Notes: generated from the sequence alone by a model not told the origin. Positions 1-8,193 are shown, counted from the stretch's first letter. The stretch is DNA of 18,103 nt from Pseudomonadota bacterium (GCA_039800325.1 JBDLQY010000047.1:1-18103), one strand, 5' to 3'. Made by a program: numbers and translations.

Positions 1-2
1 GC

Positions 3-551
3 TTGCCCCTGTACACCCACGCGCAACACAACCATGCGGCGCACACACCTTACGCAGGCCTGCAACAGCGTGAGATCAAGTCACTCTCTGAAGCCGACAT
101 TCAGGAATTGCGCCGTGGCGGGGGTTGGGGGCTGGCGCTGCCAGCAGAGCTCAATGGCATGCCGGGACCCGCACATCTGCTTGAGCTCAGGGAACAAATC
201 CCGCTCACCGCAGACCAGATACAAAAGATTCAAGCCCTCTTTGACAGCATGAAGCAGGCCGCTATCCCTGCAGGTGAGCGCCTGATCCAAGCCGAGTCGG
301 CCATTGAGACAGCATTTGCCTCGGGCAAGATTGATCCAGCGACGCTGCGCCAACTGGTTGCTGCGGCCGAATCTGCGCGCTCAGAGTTGCGCATCATTCA
401 CCTGTCGCAACACTACAAGACGGTTCCCCTGCTGCGGCCCGAGCAGGTTCAGCGGTACAAAGTCCTGAGAGGTTATGCGCAAGACCCTTGCAAAAATATT
501 CCCGCGGGGCATAACCCCGAGATGTACCGCCGACACATGGGCTGCAAATGA
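3..551 (+). CDS. Spy/CpxP (LTXXQ-motif) family periplasmic protein, 5' end cut by the window edge
   Basis: The frame is open from the window edge to TGA at 549-551. Two LTXXQ-type motifs (LTADQ, LRPEQ) sit in helical Q/E/R-rich sequence typical of the CpxP/Spy/ZraP family. No signal peptide is visible, so the true N-terminus probably lies upstream of the window. Confidence 0.6.
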   Translation: MPLYTHAQHNHAAHTPYAGLQQREIKSLSEADIQELRRGGGWGLALPAELNGMPGPAHLLELREQIPLTADQIQKIQALFDSMKQAAIPAGERLIQAESAIETAFASGKIDPATLRQLVAAAESARSELRIIHLSQHYKTVPLLRPEQVQRYKVLRGYAQDPCKNIPAGHNPEMYRRHMGCK

Positions 552-749
552 TCCTTTGAAGCCCTACCTCAGCCGATAGGCGTGAATCCATGCGTGGATT
601 GAGTAGACACCTCCAGCTCTCTGGGGGTGTCGCTTCTTGCGCATTCCCAGCAGGGTGTTGCAGGCAGCGCAGCGCACCTCACGCAGCGCCATTCATCCTC
701 GCTGCATGACCCCTGCTCGTCCCAAGCAGTGATCTGGCGAATGTGGAGC

Positions 750-778
750 AAGTAGTATGGTCAGCTCATACTACTTTT
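750..778 (+). terminator. Rho-independent terminator-like hairpin
   Basis: Perfect 10-bp stem AAGTAGTATG (750-759) / CATACTACTT (767-776) with a 7-nt loop, running into TTTT (775-778). It lies about 200 nt after the stop at 551, so the transcript it ends is uncertain. Confidence 0.5.
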
Positions 779-794
779 CGAGCTCGAAACCACA

Positions 795-828
795 CAAAGA
801 AAAAGCGCCAGGTGGTTGCTGGCGCTTT
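795..828 (-). terminator. Rho-independent terminator downstream of the tRNA-Val fragment
   Basis: GC-rich 10-bp stem AAAGCGCCAG (802-811) / CTGGCGCTTT (819-828) with loop GTGGTTG. On the minus strand the stem runs into TTTTCTTTG. It sits 10 nt downstream of the CCA end of the minus-strand tRNA fragment. Confidence 0.65.
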
Positions 829-837
829 GGAAATGCT

Positions 838-890
838 TGGTGGGTGATACATGGATCGAACATGTGACCCCTGCCGTGTGAAGGGGCAGG
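838..890 (-). pseudogene. 3' fragment of a tRNA-Val(CAC)-like gene (anticodon arm to CCA); 5' half absent
   Basis: The reverse complement reads CCTGCC-CCTTCACAC-GGCAGG-GGTC-ACATG-TTCGATC-CATGT-ATCACCC-A-CCA. This gives a canonical T arm with a TTCGATC loop and an acceptor 3' strand plus ACCA identical to E. coli tRNA-Val (ATCACCCACCA). The anticodon loop contains TTCACAC (CAC = Val) but carries 2 extra C, making a 9-nt loop. No GGGTGAT acceptor 5' strand or D arm lies upstream, where the sequence reads ...AATGTGAAATTAACGGA. Confidence 0.6.
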
Positions 891-899
891 TCCGTTAAT

Positions 900-912
900 T
901 TCACATTGTGAA
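900..912. repeat. 13-bp perfect palindrome TTCACA-T-TGTGAA beside the tRNA fragment
   Basis: Read directly from the sequence. The half-site TGTGAAG (907-913) repeats the anticodon-loop core TGTGAAG at 877-883. It may be a recombinase core-type site; function is unknown. Confidence 0.4.
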
Positions 913-1117
913 GTGCATGCCTCGCGGTCTTTTGCAGCAACTCAGCACGAGCTGCAAGAGGGTCCTAACGTGCTGCGTTTGGGAAATCACCCGCAAGGCT
1001 GGAGGTCGCAGGCTTGGTCAAGCGGCGTAAGCCTGCTCGGGTTAAGCACCATCGTTTTTGGCGAGGCCGGCGATACGAACTGCATCGCGCCTGGCATACC
1101 CCCCTGGGTTTGCCCGC

Positions 1118-1147
1118 ATGACAACTGTCATCAGGACTTCACAAAAT
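1118..1147 (+). promoter_or_regulatory. Candidate sigma70-type promoter of the LacI-family gene
   Basis: ATGACA (1118-1123), an 18-nt spacer, then CAAAAT (1142-1147). The match is weak and was made by eye only. Confidence 0.25.
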
Positions 1148-1157
1148 CCGCGGAAAC

Positions 1158-1171
1158 TGTAATCGATTACA
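1158..1171. promoter_or_regulatory. LacI/GalR-family operator, perfect palindrome TGTAATCGATTACA
   Basis: A 14-bp perfect palindrome fitting the family consensus TGNAANCGNTTNCA. It ends 13 nt upstream of the GTG start of the LacI-family gene at 1185. Confidence 0.65.
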
Positions 1172-1184
1172 TCGTGCGCCACCC

Positions 1185-2222
1185 GTGAACATTCAAGAAG
1201 TCGCTCGCAAGATCGGCGTGTCCGTCGCCACAGTGTCCCGCGCGTTCAACACGCCGCAACAGGTCAAAACCGCTACTCGCGAAAAAGTACTTCGCATGGC
1301 AAAGGCACTGGGCTATCTCCCCAACGCTAGCGCGCGCACGCTACGCACTAGTCGCAGCCGGGTCCTGGGCGTACTGATGCCGACCCTGACCAATCCAGTC
1401 TTCGCCGAATGTCTAGAAGGCGTGGCCGAGGCAGCGCATGCAGCCGGCTACGCCATCCTCCCTATGACTACGCACTATGACGCGGCGCTGGAAACGCGTT
1501 GTGTCGCCCTGATGCAGGGCGCGAGCGTCGACGGTCTGCTGTTAGTGGTCTCCAACCCCAGCACGTCACAGGCGCTGCAGCAGTTGCAGCGCGCCCGTAT
1601 GCCTTATGTGCTGCTTTACAACCGCCACCCAAAACACCCCTGTGTCAGCGGCGACAGTGAAACGGCGGTCGCTGAGGTGGTGGCGCGGCTGGTAGCCCTG
1701 GGGCATCGACGCCTCACCATGGTCAGCGGGCCCATGAGTGCCTCGGACCGCGCGCAGCAGCGATACAAAGGATTCCTGCAGGGCCTCAAGCGCGCGCAGA
1801 TGAAGGGGCCGTGCCTGCTAGAGGTTCCCTTCATGGAATCGGCCATCGAAGCGGTTGTGGCCCACCTGAAGTCCGACAACAGACCGACCGCCCTAGTCTG
1901 CTCCAACGACCTACTTGCCCTGCGTTGCCTGCGCGCGGCACAACTTGCAGGTCTGCGCGTACCACAGGACATCAGCATTGTGGGCTTCGATGGCATCGCT
2001 CTGGGTCTGGACACCATGCCAATGCTCACCACCGTTGTGCAGCCCAATCATGAAGCTGGCCGCCTGGCCGTGCAGTGGCTAGTTCAGGCAATCGAGCGCC
2101 GTAAACGGCCGACGCCACGTGAGAGTGTGATGCTAGCCCACCAGTTTCGGGCTGGCGAATCGTGCGGACGGGCCCCAGCGGGCCGTCCATCCAGGTCCCG
2201 ACCCCGGGCCCGTCAACTGTGA
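1185..2222 (+). CDS. LacI/GalR-family transcriptional regulator
   Basis: GTG start. N-terminal HTH (NIQEVARKIGVSVATVSRAFN), then YLPNASARTLR and a periplasmic-binding-protein-like sugar-binding fold. The 345-aa length is typical of the family. Confidence 0.9.
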   Translation: MNIQEVARKIGVSVATVSRAFNTPQQVKTATREKVLRMAKALGYLPNASARTLRTSRSRVLGVLMPTLTNPVFAECLEGVAEAAHAAGYAILPMTTHYDAALETRCVALMQGASVDGLLLVVSNPSTSQALQQLQRARMPYVLLYNRHPKHPCVSGDSETAVAEVVARLVALGHRRLTMVSGPMSASDRAQQRYKGFLQGLKRAQMKGPCLLEVPFMESAIEAVVAHLKSDNRPTALVCSNDLLALRCLRAAQLAGLRVPQDISIVGFDGIALGLDTMPMLTTVVQPNHEAGRLAVQWLVQAIERRKRPTPRESVMLAHQFRAGESCGRAPAGRPSRSRPRARQL

Positions 2223-2233
2223 AGGAGTACTCC

Positions 2234-3244
2234 ATGTTCAAGCCTTTGAGAACCATCGCCCGGGCCGGATTGCTGGCCCTGGGCTTCGCTGCCACGGCAG
2301 CCGTAGCCCAAACCGCCATCTGCTACAACTGCCCACCCGAGTGGGCTGACTGGGGCTCTCAGCTGCGCGCCATCAAGGCCAAAACCGGTATTACCGTTCC
2401 GCCAGACAACAAGAACTCCGGCCAATCGCTGGCCCAGCTGGTTGCCGAGAAAGCCAGCCCCGTGGCCGATGTCACCTACCTGGGCGTCACCTTCGGCATT
2501 CAGGCCCGCAAGGAAGGCGTGGTCACCTCCTATAAGCCAGCCGCCTGGAATGACATCCCCAACGGCCTGAAGGACCCCGACGGCCACTGGTTCACCATCC
2601 ACTCTGGCACCCTGGGCTTCATGGTCAACGTAGATGCCCTCAAGGGCAAGCCGATCCCGCGATCCTGGGCCGACCTGCTCAAGCCCGAATACAAGGGCCT
2701 CGTTGGCTACTTGGATCCTGCGTCGGCCTTCGTGGGCTACGTGGGTGCGGTCGCCGTCAATCAGGCGCGCGGCGGAACGCTGGATAACTTCGGCCCCGGG
2801 ATCGACTACTTCAAGGCCCTGAAGAAGAACGACCCGATCGTGCCTAAGCAGACTTCGTATGCGCGGGTGCTCTCGGGCGAGATCGCGATCCTGCTCGATT
2901 ACGACTTCAACGCCTATCGCGCCAAGTACAAAGACAAGGCCAACGTCGAGTTCGTGATTCCGGCCGAAGGCACACTGGTCGTCCCCTACGTCATGAGCCT
3001 AGTGAATAAGGGGCCCAACGCCGACAACGGCCGTAAGGTGCTGGACTTCGTGCTGTCCGACGAGGGCCAGGCGATCTGGGCCAACGCCTACCTGCGCCCG
3101 GTACGCGCCAGCGCCATCCCGAAGGACGTGCAAGCACGTTTCCTCCCAGCCAGCGAGTACGCTCGCGCGCGCACCGTCGACTACGGAAAGATGGCCGAGG
3201 TGCAGAAGGCCTTCTCCGACCGCTATCTGAAGGAAGTCCAGTAA
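2234..3244 (+). CDS. ABC transporter periplasmic substrate-binding protein (family 1, PotD/AfuA/PhnS-like)
   Basis: RBS GAAGGAG (2221-2227) lies 6 nt before the ATG at 2234. Signal peptide MFKPLRTIARAGLLALGFAATAAVA-QT. I preferred this in-frame start to the ORF-track start at 2162. Confidence 0.9.
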   Translation: MFKPLRTIARAGLLALGFAATAAVAQTAICYNCPPEWADWGSQLRAIKAKTGITVPPDNKNSGQSLAQLVAEKASPVADVTYLGVTFGIQARKEGVVTSYKPAAWNDIPNGLKDPDGHWFTIHSGTLGFMVNVDALKGKPIPRSWADLLKPEYKGLVGYLDPASAFVGYVGAVAVNQARGGTLDNFGPGIDYFKALKKNDPIVPKQTSYARVLSGEIAILLDYDFNAYRAKYKDKANVEFVIPAEGTLVVPYVMSLVNKGPNADNGRKVLDFVLSDEGQAIWANAYLRPVRASAIPKDVQARFLPASEYARARTVDYGKMAEVQKAFSDRYLKEVQ

Positions 3245-3245
3245 G

Positions 3246-4097
3246 GTGAGCGGCGCATCGCCCGTGACTGCCCGCGCGGGCGATGCCGGCGCGGCGAAGG
3301 TCCGGTGGCAGCTGGCGTGCATAGCGCCGGCCGTCGCCTTCTTCGCTGCGTTCTGGCTGCTACCGATCGCGCGACTGATCGCCCTGCCCGCTGAAAAGGG
3401 CTGGCAGACCTACTTCGTCGTTCTGACCGAGGCCAAGTACCTTACCAGCCTGCTCAACACACTTCTGCTGTCGCTGGCTGTCACTGCCCTCACGCTGGTG
3501 CTGGGTGCCGCAGTCGGCATCTTCCTGGCGCGCACCCGGTTTATCGGGCGACGCGTGCTGATCTCGCTGCTCACGCTACCCCTCTCGTTTCCAGGCGTGA
3601 TCATCGGCTTCTTCGTCATCCTGCTCGGAGGGCGGCAAGGCGCGATCGCCACGCTGGCCGACTCGCTGGGCCTGGGCCGCTGGACTTTCGCCTACGGCCT
3701 GCTAGGCCTGTTCTTAGCCTACCTGTATTTTTCGCTGCCGCGTGCCATCGCCTCCTACGCAGCGGCCGCGGAAGCAATGGACCGCGCGCTCGAGGAAGCC
3801 GCGCGTTCGCTGGGCGCCTCGCGCTGGCACATCATCCGCGACGTGTGGCTGCCCGAACTCGCACCCACAACCCTGGCCTGCGGCGCCATCGTGTTCGCCA
3901 CCGCCATGGGTGCCTTCGGCACCGCCTTCACGCTGGCCAGCAAGTTCGAGGTGATTCCCATCACCATCTACAACGAATTCACCAACTACGCCAACTTCGC
4001 GCTTGCGGCCTCGCTGTCAATCACGCTGGGCCTGGTGACTTGGGCGGCTCTGGCCCTCGCCCGCCGCCTGGGCGGCACCACCGCACTGGGGGCCTGA
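3246..4097 (+). CDS. ABC transporter permease 1
   Basis: GTG start 1 nt after the upstream TAA. Multi-pass hydrophobic protein with an EAA loop (EEAARSLGASRWHIIRDVWLPELAP). Confidence 0.85.
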   Translation: MSGASPVTARAGDAGAAKVRWQLACIAPAVAFFAAFWLLPIARLIALPAEKGWQTYFVVLTEAKYLTSLLNTLLLSLAVTALTLVLGAAVGIFLARTRFIGRRVLISLLTLPLSFPGVIIGFFVILLGGRQGAIATLADSLGLGRWTFAYGLLGLFLAYLYFSLPRAIASYAAAAEAMDRALEEAARSLGASRWHIIRDVWLPELAPTTLACGAIVFATAMGAFGTAFTLASKFEVIPITIYNEFTNYANFALAASLSITLGLVTWAALALARRLGGTTALGA

Positions 4098-4099
4098 CT

Positions 4100-4906
4100 A
4101 TGTCCACCGCACACTCCCCTGCACGCGGAGCCCCCATCCTGCTGGGCCTGACCCTGCTAGTCGCCGTCTTCATGATCGGGCCAGTGCTGCTATCGGTCAG
4201 CGCCGGCCTCATGCAGAACTACAGCACCGGCTGGCGCAGTGGCTTCACACTTCGCTGGCTAGGAGAGGTCTGGGAGAACTACGGTTCGACCGTCATGGCC
4301 TCGATCCTGATCGCGACGGCGGCTGTCGTCGGGAACATCGTTCTGGGCGTGCCCTGCGCCTACGCGCTAGCCCGTTCGCGCCGGCGCTGGACAGCCTGGT
4401 TCGAGGAACTGATGACATTGCCCGTGGCGGTGCCGGGACTAGCCACCGCGCTGGCCCTGATCCTCGCCTACGGCCAATTGCGCGGATTCCGCCAGAGCTT
4501 CCTGTTCGTTCTGGTGGGGCACATGGTCTTCACCCTGCCCTTCATGGTGCGCACCGTAGCTGCAGCTTTTCGGCGCCACGAGTTGATCGCGCTCGAGGAG
4601 GCCGCCTCCACCCTGGGTGCGTCGTTCGCGCAGCGTTTCATGGGCGTACTGGTGCCAGCGGTCTTTCCGGCCATCGTCAGCGGCGCGCTGATGGTCTTCA
4701 CCCTGTCCATCGGCGAGTTCAACCTCACCTGGATGCTGCACACACCGCTCACCCGCACACTGCCCGTGGGCCTGGCCGACAGTTACGCATCGATGCGCAT
4801 AGAGATCGGCTCGGCCTACACCCTGGTCTTCCTCGTCGTCGTGCTGCCGCTGCTATGGCTGCTGCAACTCGCCGCATCCCTAGCCGAGAAGCGTTATGGA
4901 ACTTGA
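4100..4906 (+). CDS. ABC transporter permease 2
   Basis: ATG at 4100, 2 nt after the upstream TGA. Begins MSTAHSPARGAPILLGL and has an EAA loop (LEEAASTLGASFAQRFMGVLVPAVFP). The upstream in-frame extension to 3845 overlaps permease 1 and was rejected. Confidence 0.85.
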   Translation: MSTAHSPARGAPILLGLTLLVAVFMIGPVLLSVSAGLMQNYSTGWRSGFTLRWLGEVWENYGSTVMASILIATAAVVGNIVLGVPCAYALARSRRRWTAWFEELMTLPVAVPGLATALALILAYGQLRGFRQSFLFVLVGHMVFTLPFMVRTVAAAFRRHELIALEEAASTLGASFAQRFMGVLVPAVFPAIVSGALMVFTLSIGEFNLTWMLHTPLTRTLPVGLADSYASMRIEIGSAYTLVFLVVVLPLLWLLQLAASLAEKRYGT

Positions 4907-5942
4907 ACGCACCCCCATCACCATCCGCCAGTGCGCGAAGACCTACCCCGACGGCACGCGCGGCCTGCAGCCCACCGATCTGGACATCGAGCCGGGCGAG
5001 GTGCTAGCCTTGCTTGGCCCCTCGGGCTGCGGCAAGACCACCCTGCTGCGCATCGTGGCCGGTCTGGAGACGCCCGATGCGGGCGCGAGCATCCTGTTCG
5101 GCGATGACGACGTCACCCGCGTGCCGGTCGAACAGCGCGGGATCGGTATGGTCTTCCAGCACTACGCGCTGTTTCCACAGATGAACGTGGCGGCTAACAT
5201 CGGCTATGGCCTACGCATACGCGGTACTTCCGAGACCGAGGTGCGCCGCAGCGTAGGTGACCTCATCGAGCTGGTACGCCTGAAGGGGCTGGAGCACAAG
5301 CGCCCCGGCGAACTCTCGGGCGGCCAGCGACAGCGAGTAGCCCTGGCACGCGCGATCGCGGTGCGCCCGCGCGTACTGCTGCTAGACGAACCGCTGACCG
5401 CACTCGACGCCAAACTCAAGGAATCTCTGCGCGACGAACTGGCGGAGTTGCTGCGCCGTCTGCACATCACAGCTATCCACGTCACTCATGACCAGCAGGA
5501 GGCCATGTCCATCGCTGATCGCATGGCGGTCATGCAGTCGGGGCAGGTCATCCAGATCGGTACCGCAGAAGACCTCTATCGCTCGCCGCGCCATCACTTT
5601 GTTGCGAGCTTTCTGGGGCGGGTCAATGTAGTACGCCTCGTGCAGGATGACGGTGGCGCGACAGGCATCCGCCTGGGCGGGCTGTGGCTGCCCTGCGCAC
5701 CTCAAGATTCGCAAGACCACGTGCTGCTTCGCCCTGAGGACATCCAGGTCACGCCAGCGCCGGATAGTGCCGTGCGTGTGAGCCATCGCGTGTTCCTGGG
5801 TGATCGCACCCACCTGCGCGTGACCGCCCCAGAAGTCGGCGAACTGCTCGTGGACGTGGCACGCGACTGTCCCTTGCACGTGGGTGATCGTGTGGCCTTG
5901 AGTATCGACCCACACGTCCTCATGACCTGCGGAACCTCGTGA
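4896..5942 (+). CDS. ABC transporter ATP-binding protein (PotA/FbpC-like with C-terminal TOBE-like domain)
   Basis: Walker A GPSGCGKTT, signature LSGGQRQRV, Walker B LLLDEP, H-loop HVTHD. Overlaps the permease 2 stop by 11 nt. Confidence 0.95.
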   Translation: MELERTPITIRQCAKTYPDGTRGLQPTDLDIEPGEVLALLGPSGCGKTTLLRIVAGLETPDAGASILFGDDDVTRVPVEQRGIGMVFQHYALFPQMNVAANIGYGLRIRGTSETEVRRSVGDLIELVRLKGLEHKRPGELSGGQRQRVALARAIAVRPRVLLLDEPLTALDAKLKESLRDELAELLRRLHITAIHVTHDQQEAMSIADRMAVMQSGQVIQIGTAEDLYRSPRHHFVASFLGRVNVVRLVQDDGGATGIRLGGLWLPCAPQDSQDHVLLRPEDIQVTPAPDSAVRVSHRVFLGDRTHLRVTAPEVGELLVDVARDCPLHVGDRVALSIDPHVLMTCGTS

Positions 5943-6766
5943 TGAGCACCTTCCTTTATCAGGTCACCGACCTGCACATCCGCGAGCCCGGACGCAAAGC
6001 CTATGGCCGTCTGGACACCGCACCTTATCTGAAGCTGGCCGTCCAGACCATCGCGCGCTGCCCGCAACCGCCCACCGCAGTGGTGCTGACGGGCGACCTG
6101 ACTGACTTTGGGCGCACCGCGGAATACGAGCATCTCCGCGCCCTCTTGGACGGCCTGAACTGCCCCTATTACCTACTTGTCGGGAATCACGACGAAGCCG
6201 ATAACCTGCGCTCCGCCTTTTCGGAACATGCTTACCTGGGCCGCTCAGGACCCCTGCAGTACTCGGTACCTATTGGTGATCTGCAACTGATCGCACTAGA
6301 CACGACTGTCCGAGGACAAAGTCATGGCGCGCTTGACGCACATCGCCTGGACTGGCTGGCACGCGAGCTGGATTTGGTATCAGACCGGCCGGTTGTCATT
6401 GCCATGCACCACCCGCCTTTCACGACCCTCATCGGCCATATGGACAAGATCGGACTCCTGCAGGGGCGCGAGGAGCTCGAGCAGATCATCTCCCGGCATC
6501 CAAACATCGAGCGTGTTATCTGCGGTCACCTGCATCGGGCAATCGACGTGCGCTTTGGCGGCACGATCGCGTCGACCTCGCCAGCGCCGGCCCACCAAGT
6601 TGTACTCGATTTGCATCCCGAAGCAGTGTCCCAATGGAATCTGGAGCCCGGAGGGTTACGCGTCCATGCGTGGACGACGCATACCGGCCTAGTCACCCAT
6701 ACCCTGCCGGTAGGTGAATTTGAGGGGCCGTACCCGTTTCACGTGGGCGGCGTGCTGATAGACTGA
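5942..6766 (+). CDS. Metallophosphoesterase, GpdQ/CpdA-type phosphodiesterase
   Basis: Calcineurin-like motif set in order: DLH, GDLTDFG, GNHDE, MHHPP, GHLH. ATG at 5942 overlaps the ATPase stop (TGATG); GTG at 5939 is an alternative start. Confidence 0.85.
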   Translation: MSTFLYQVTDLHIREPGRKAYGRLDTAPYLKLAVQTIARCPQPPTAVVLTGDLTDFGRTAEYEHLRALLDGLNCPYYLLVGNHDEADNLRSAFSEHAYLGRSGPLQYSVPIGDLQLIALDTTVRGQSHGALDAHRLDWLARELDLVSDRPVVIAMHHPPFTTLIGHMDKIGLLQGREELEQIISRHPNIERVICGHLHRAIDVRFGGTIASTSPAPAHQVVLDLHPEAVSQWNLEPGGLRVHAWTTHTGLVTHTLPVGEFEGPYPFHVGGVLID

Positions 6767-6778
6767 TCGATCGCCCAA

Positions 6779-6791
6779 CAAAAGGGCTCGT
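6779..6791 (+). repeat. 13-bp direct repeat CAAAAGGGCTCGT, copy 1
   Basis: Exact copy of 16280-16292. It starts 13 nt after the phosphodiesterase stop, where GC content drops. Confidence refers to its being an att/junction repeat rather than chance. Confidence 0.35.
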
Positions 6792-7139
6792 GGTCATAGC
6801 ACCGAAGAAAATACCGGCTGCGCTGCCTGACGCGGTTGTGTCGAAGCAGCCGTCCAAATTTTCACTGTCATGCTTCGTACCGACAACTTCGGGCCTACAA
6901 CTACCTTGACGCCAACCCGCTTTGGCTGTGAGTCTTGTCTGTGGACATTCAACAGGCTTAGCAGGAACCGCGCCCGTGTTGGACTTTGGCGGGGCTTACA
7001 AGCCATTTTTGCTATGCCTGTCATCCCCGTCGCCGGCGGCGTGAAAAACATCCCACTCTTGAGCGAAAAACCGCGTTTTCTTGCTGATTTAAGCGATTTT
7101 TGTGGCAACGCCAGGAAACAGAAGCTGCGAAAAGTCTGC

Positions 7140-7640
7140 TCATGACGGCAGGTCCGCTACCTGGCCTGAAGCAGCGCCTTTAACCTGATGGGGCTTGCGC
7201 CCAGTGATGGGTTGTGCCCGCATCCTTGCCATGGCACTTGTCAGCCAAGCATCCTGCTCTGCCTGCGGGGGCTGCGTGAAGGGCTTAGGAGCTTGCCTGC
7301 GAGCAACCGACGGCAGGCCCGAACCGAGCTGTTGAGATGGCACTCTTTGCGCAGGCTTGGGCGCAGAGCGTTGTCTTGGCTGTTGCGGGGCCTTAGCGCG
7401 CTTTGCTGAACCACGCTTGGAAGACGGAGACGCGGGTGCTTTAGGGGTGCCCCTTGTAGTAGGGGTCACTTTCTTACGTGCAGCGCTGGCGACCACGGAA
7501 GGCGAAGCCCCGCTTGATGCTCCCACCGGTTGGGCAGCCGCGCCTGAGGTCCCCTTCGTCAGTGCAGCCCACACGTTGTCAGAGATGAGCTTCCACAGCG
7601 CCAGCTGGTCCTCTGCACTCACAAACTCGAAAAATCGCAT
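7140..7640 (-). CDS. Hypothetical protein: short structured N-terminus plus long basic P/A/S/Q-rich low-complexity tail
   Basis: Strong RBS AAGGAGG lies 6 nt upstream of the ATG at 7640 (MRFFEFVSAEDQLALWKL...). I chose this start over the ORF-track start at 7769, which would run through the upstream terminator. Confidence 0.55.
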   Translation of the reverse strand: MRFFEFVSAEDQLALWKLISDNVWAALTKGTSGAAAQPVGASSGASPSVVASAARKKVTPTTRGTPKAPASPSSKRGSAKRAKAPQQPRQRSAPKPAQRVPSQQLGSGLPSVARRQAPKPFTQPPQAEQDAWLTSAMARMRAQPITGRKPHQVKGAASGQVADLPS

Positions 7641-7676
7641 GATTGGCCTCCTTTTCTTATATTTATCGTCAGAGGG

Positions 7677-7702
7677 AAAAAACCGGCCTTTATTGGCCGG
7701 TC
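7677..7702 (-). terminator. Rho-independent terminator-like hairpin after the 157-aa gene
   Basis: The minus strand reads GACCGGCC-AATAAA-GGCCGG followed by TTTTTT. It lies 18 nt after the stop of the 7720-8193 gene. Confidence 0.55.
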
Positions 7703-7719
7703 CTGTGGGGAGGTTGAAT

Positions 7720-8193
7720 CTAGACGGAAGCGGACTTGCGCAGCGAGAGCGTCTCCCGCTTGAATCCACGCTTCACATATCCACTGAGTGTTTCGATCTG
7801 CGCGTCTAGATCGCCACGATCGACCGCTTGCATGACGACCTCCAACGTCGCTATGACTTCGTCAAGACCTTGCGCCTCGATCGCATTCTTGCCCTTCTGT
7901 AGTTCCAGGGTCTTCGCTCCGTACTTGATGCACAGGTACGTTTTCCCGTCGTCTCCCAGCCACCACCATGGCCTGACCCGCTTTGGCAGCTCAACTGTCC
8001 GCCTCGCTCCAGTCTCTTGGTCAGCGATCGTCTTGAATCGCATCGGAGCGAACGTTGTTCCTTCCTTGCGTGCCTTTGCGAACTGGATCTGCTCACCAAT
8101 CTTGCTCACAAGCTTTCGCCGACGATGAACTTTGGGATCTGCTGAGGGCTGCCGCTTGGTCGCGACCAACTTAAGGGCGCTGATTCCTGACAT
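7720..8193 (-). CDS. Hypothetical 157-aa protein (contains the RVRPWWWLGDDGKTY segment)
   Basis: RBS GAAGGAG lies 6 nt upstream of the ATG at 8193 (MSGISALKLVATKRQ...). No motif I can name with confidence. Confidence 0.6.
   Translation of the reverse strand: MSGISALKLVATKRQPSADPKVHRRRKLVSKIGEQIQFAKARKEGTTFAPMRFKTIADQETGARRTVELPKRVRPWWWLGDDGKTYLCIKYGAKTLELQKGKNAIEAQGLDEVIATLEVVMQAVDRGDLDAQIETLSGYVKRGFKRETLSLRKSASV

Noticed and set aside
838-890. Reading the tRNA fragment as a tRNA-Sec or opal suppressor (loop CTTCACA, anticodon UCA)
   Set aside because: It has no long variable arm or extended acceptor as in selC. The acceptor/T arm matches tRNA-Val, and removing the 2 extra C gives a canonical Val CAC loop. 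With the 5' half missing it is not a functional tRNA of any identity.
913-1188. 91-aa plus-strand ORF upstream of the LacI-family gene
   Set aside because: It has no RBS and an odd composition (W, C and H rich). It spans the likely promoter and operator of the regulator and has no recognisable motif, so it is probably noncoding.
6794-7145. ORFs 6794-7108 (minus) and 6870-7145 (plus) in the gap after the phosphodiesterase gene
   Set aside because: They overlap each other and have no RBS or motifs. The region looks like junction or noncoding DNA of the lower-GC module. I also found no clear terminator or att-like repeat here beyond the 13-mer at 6779.
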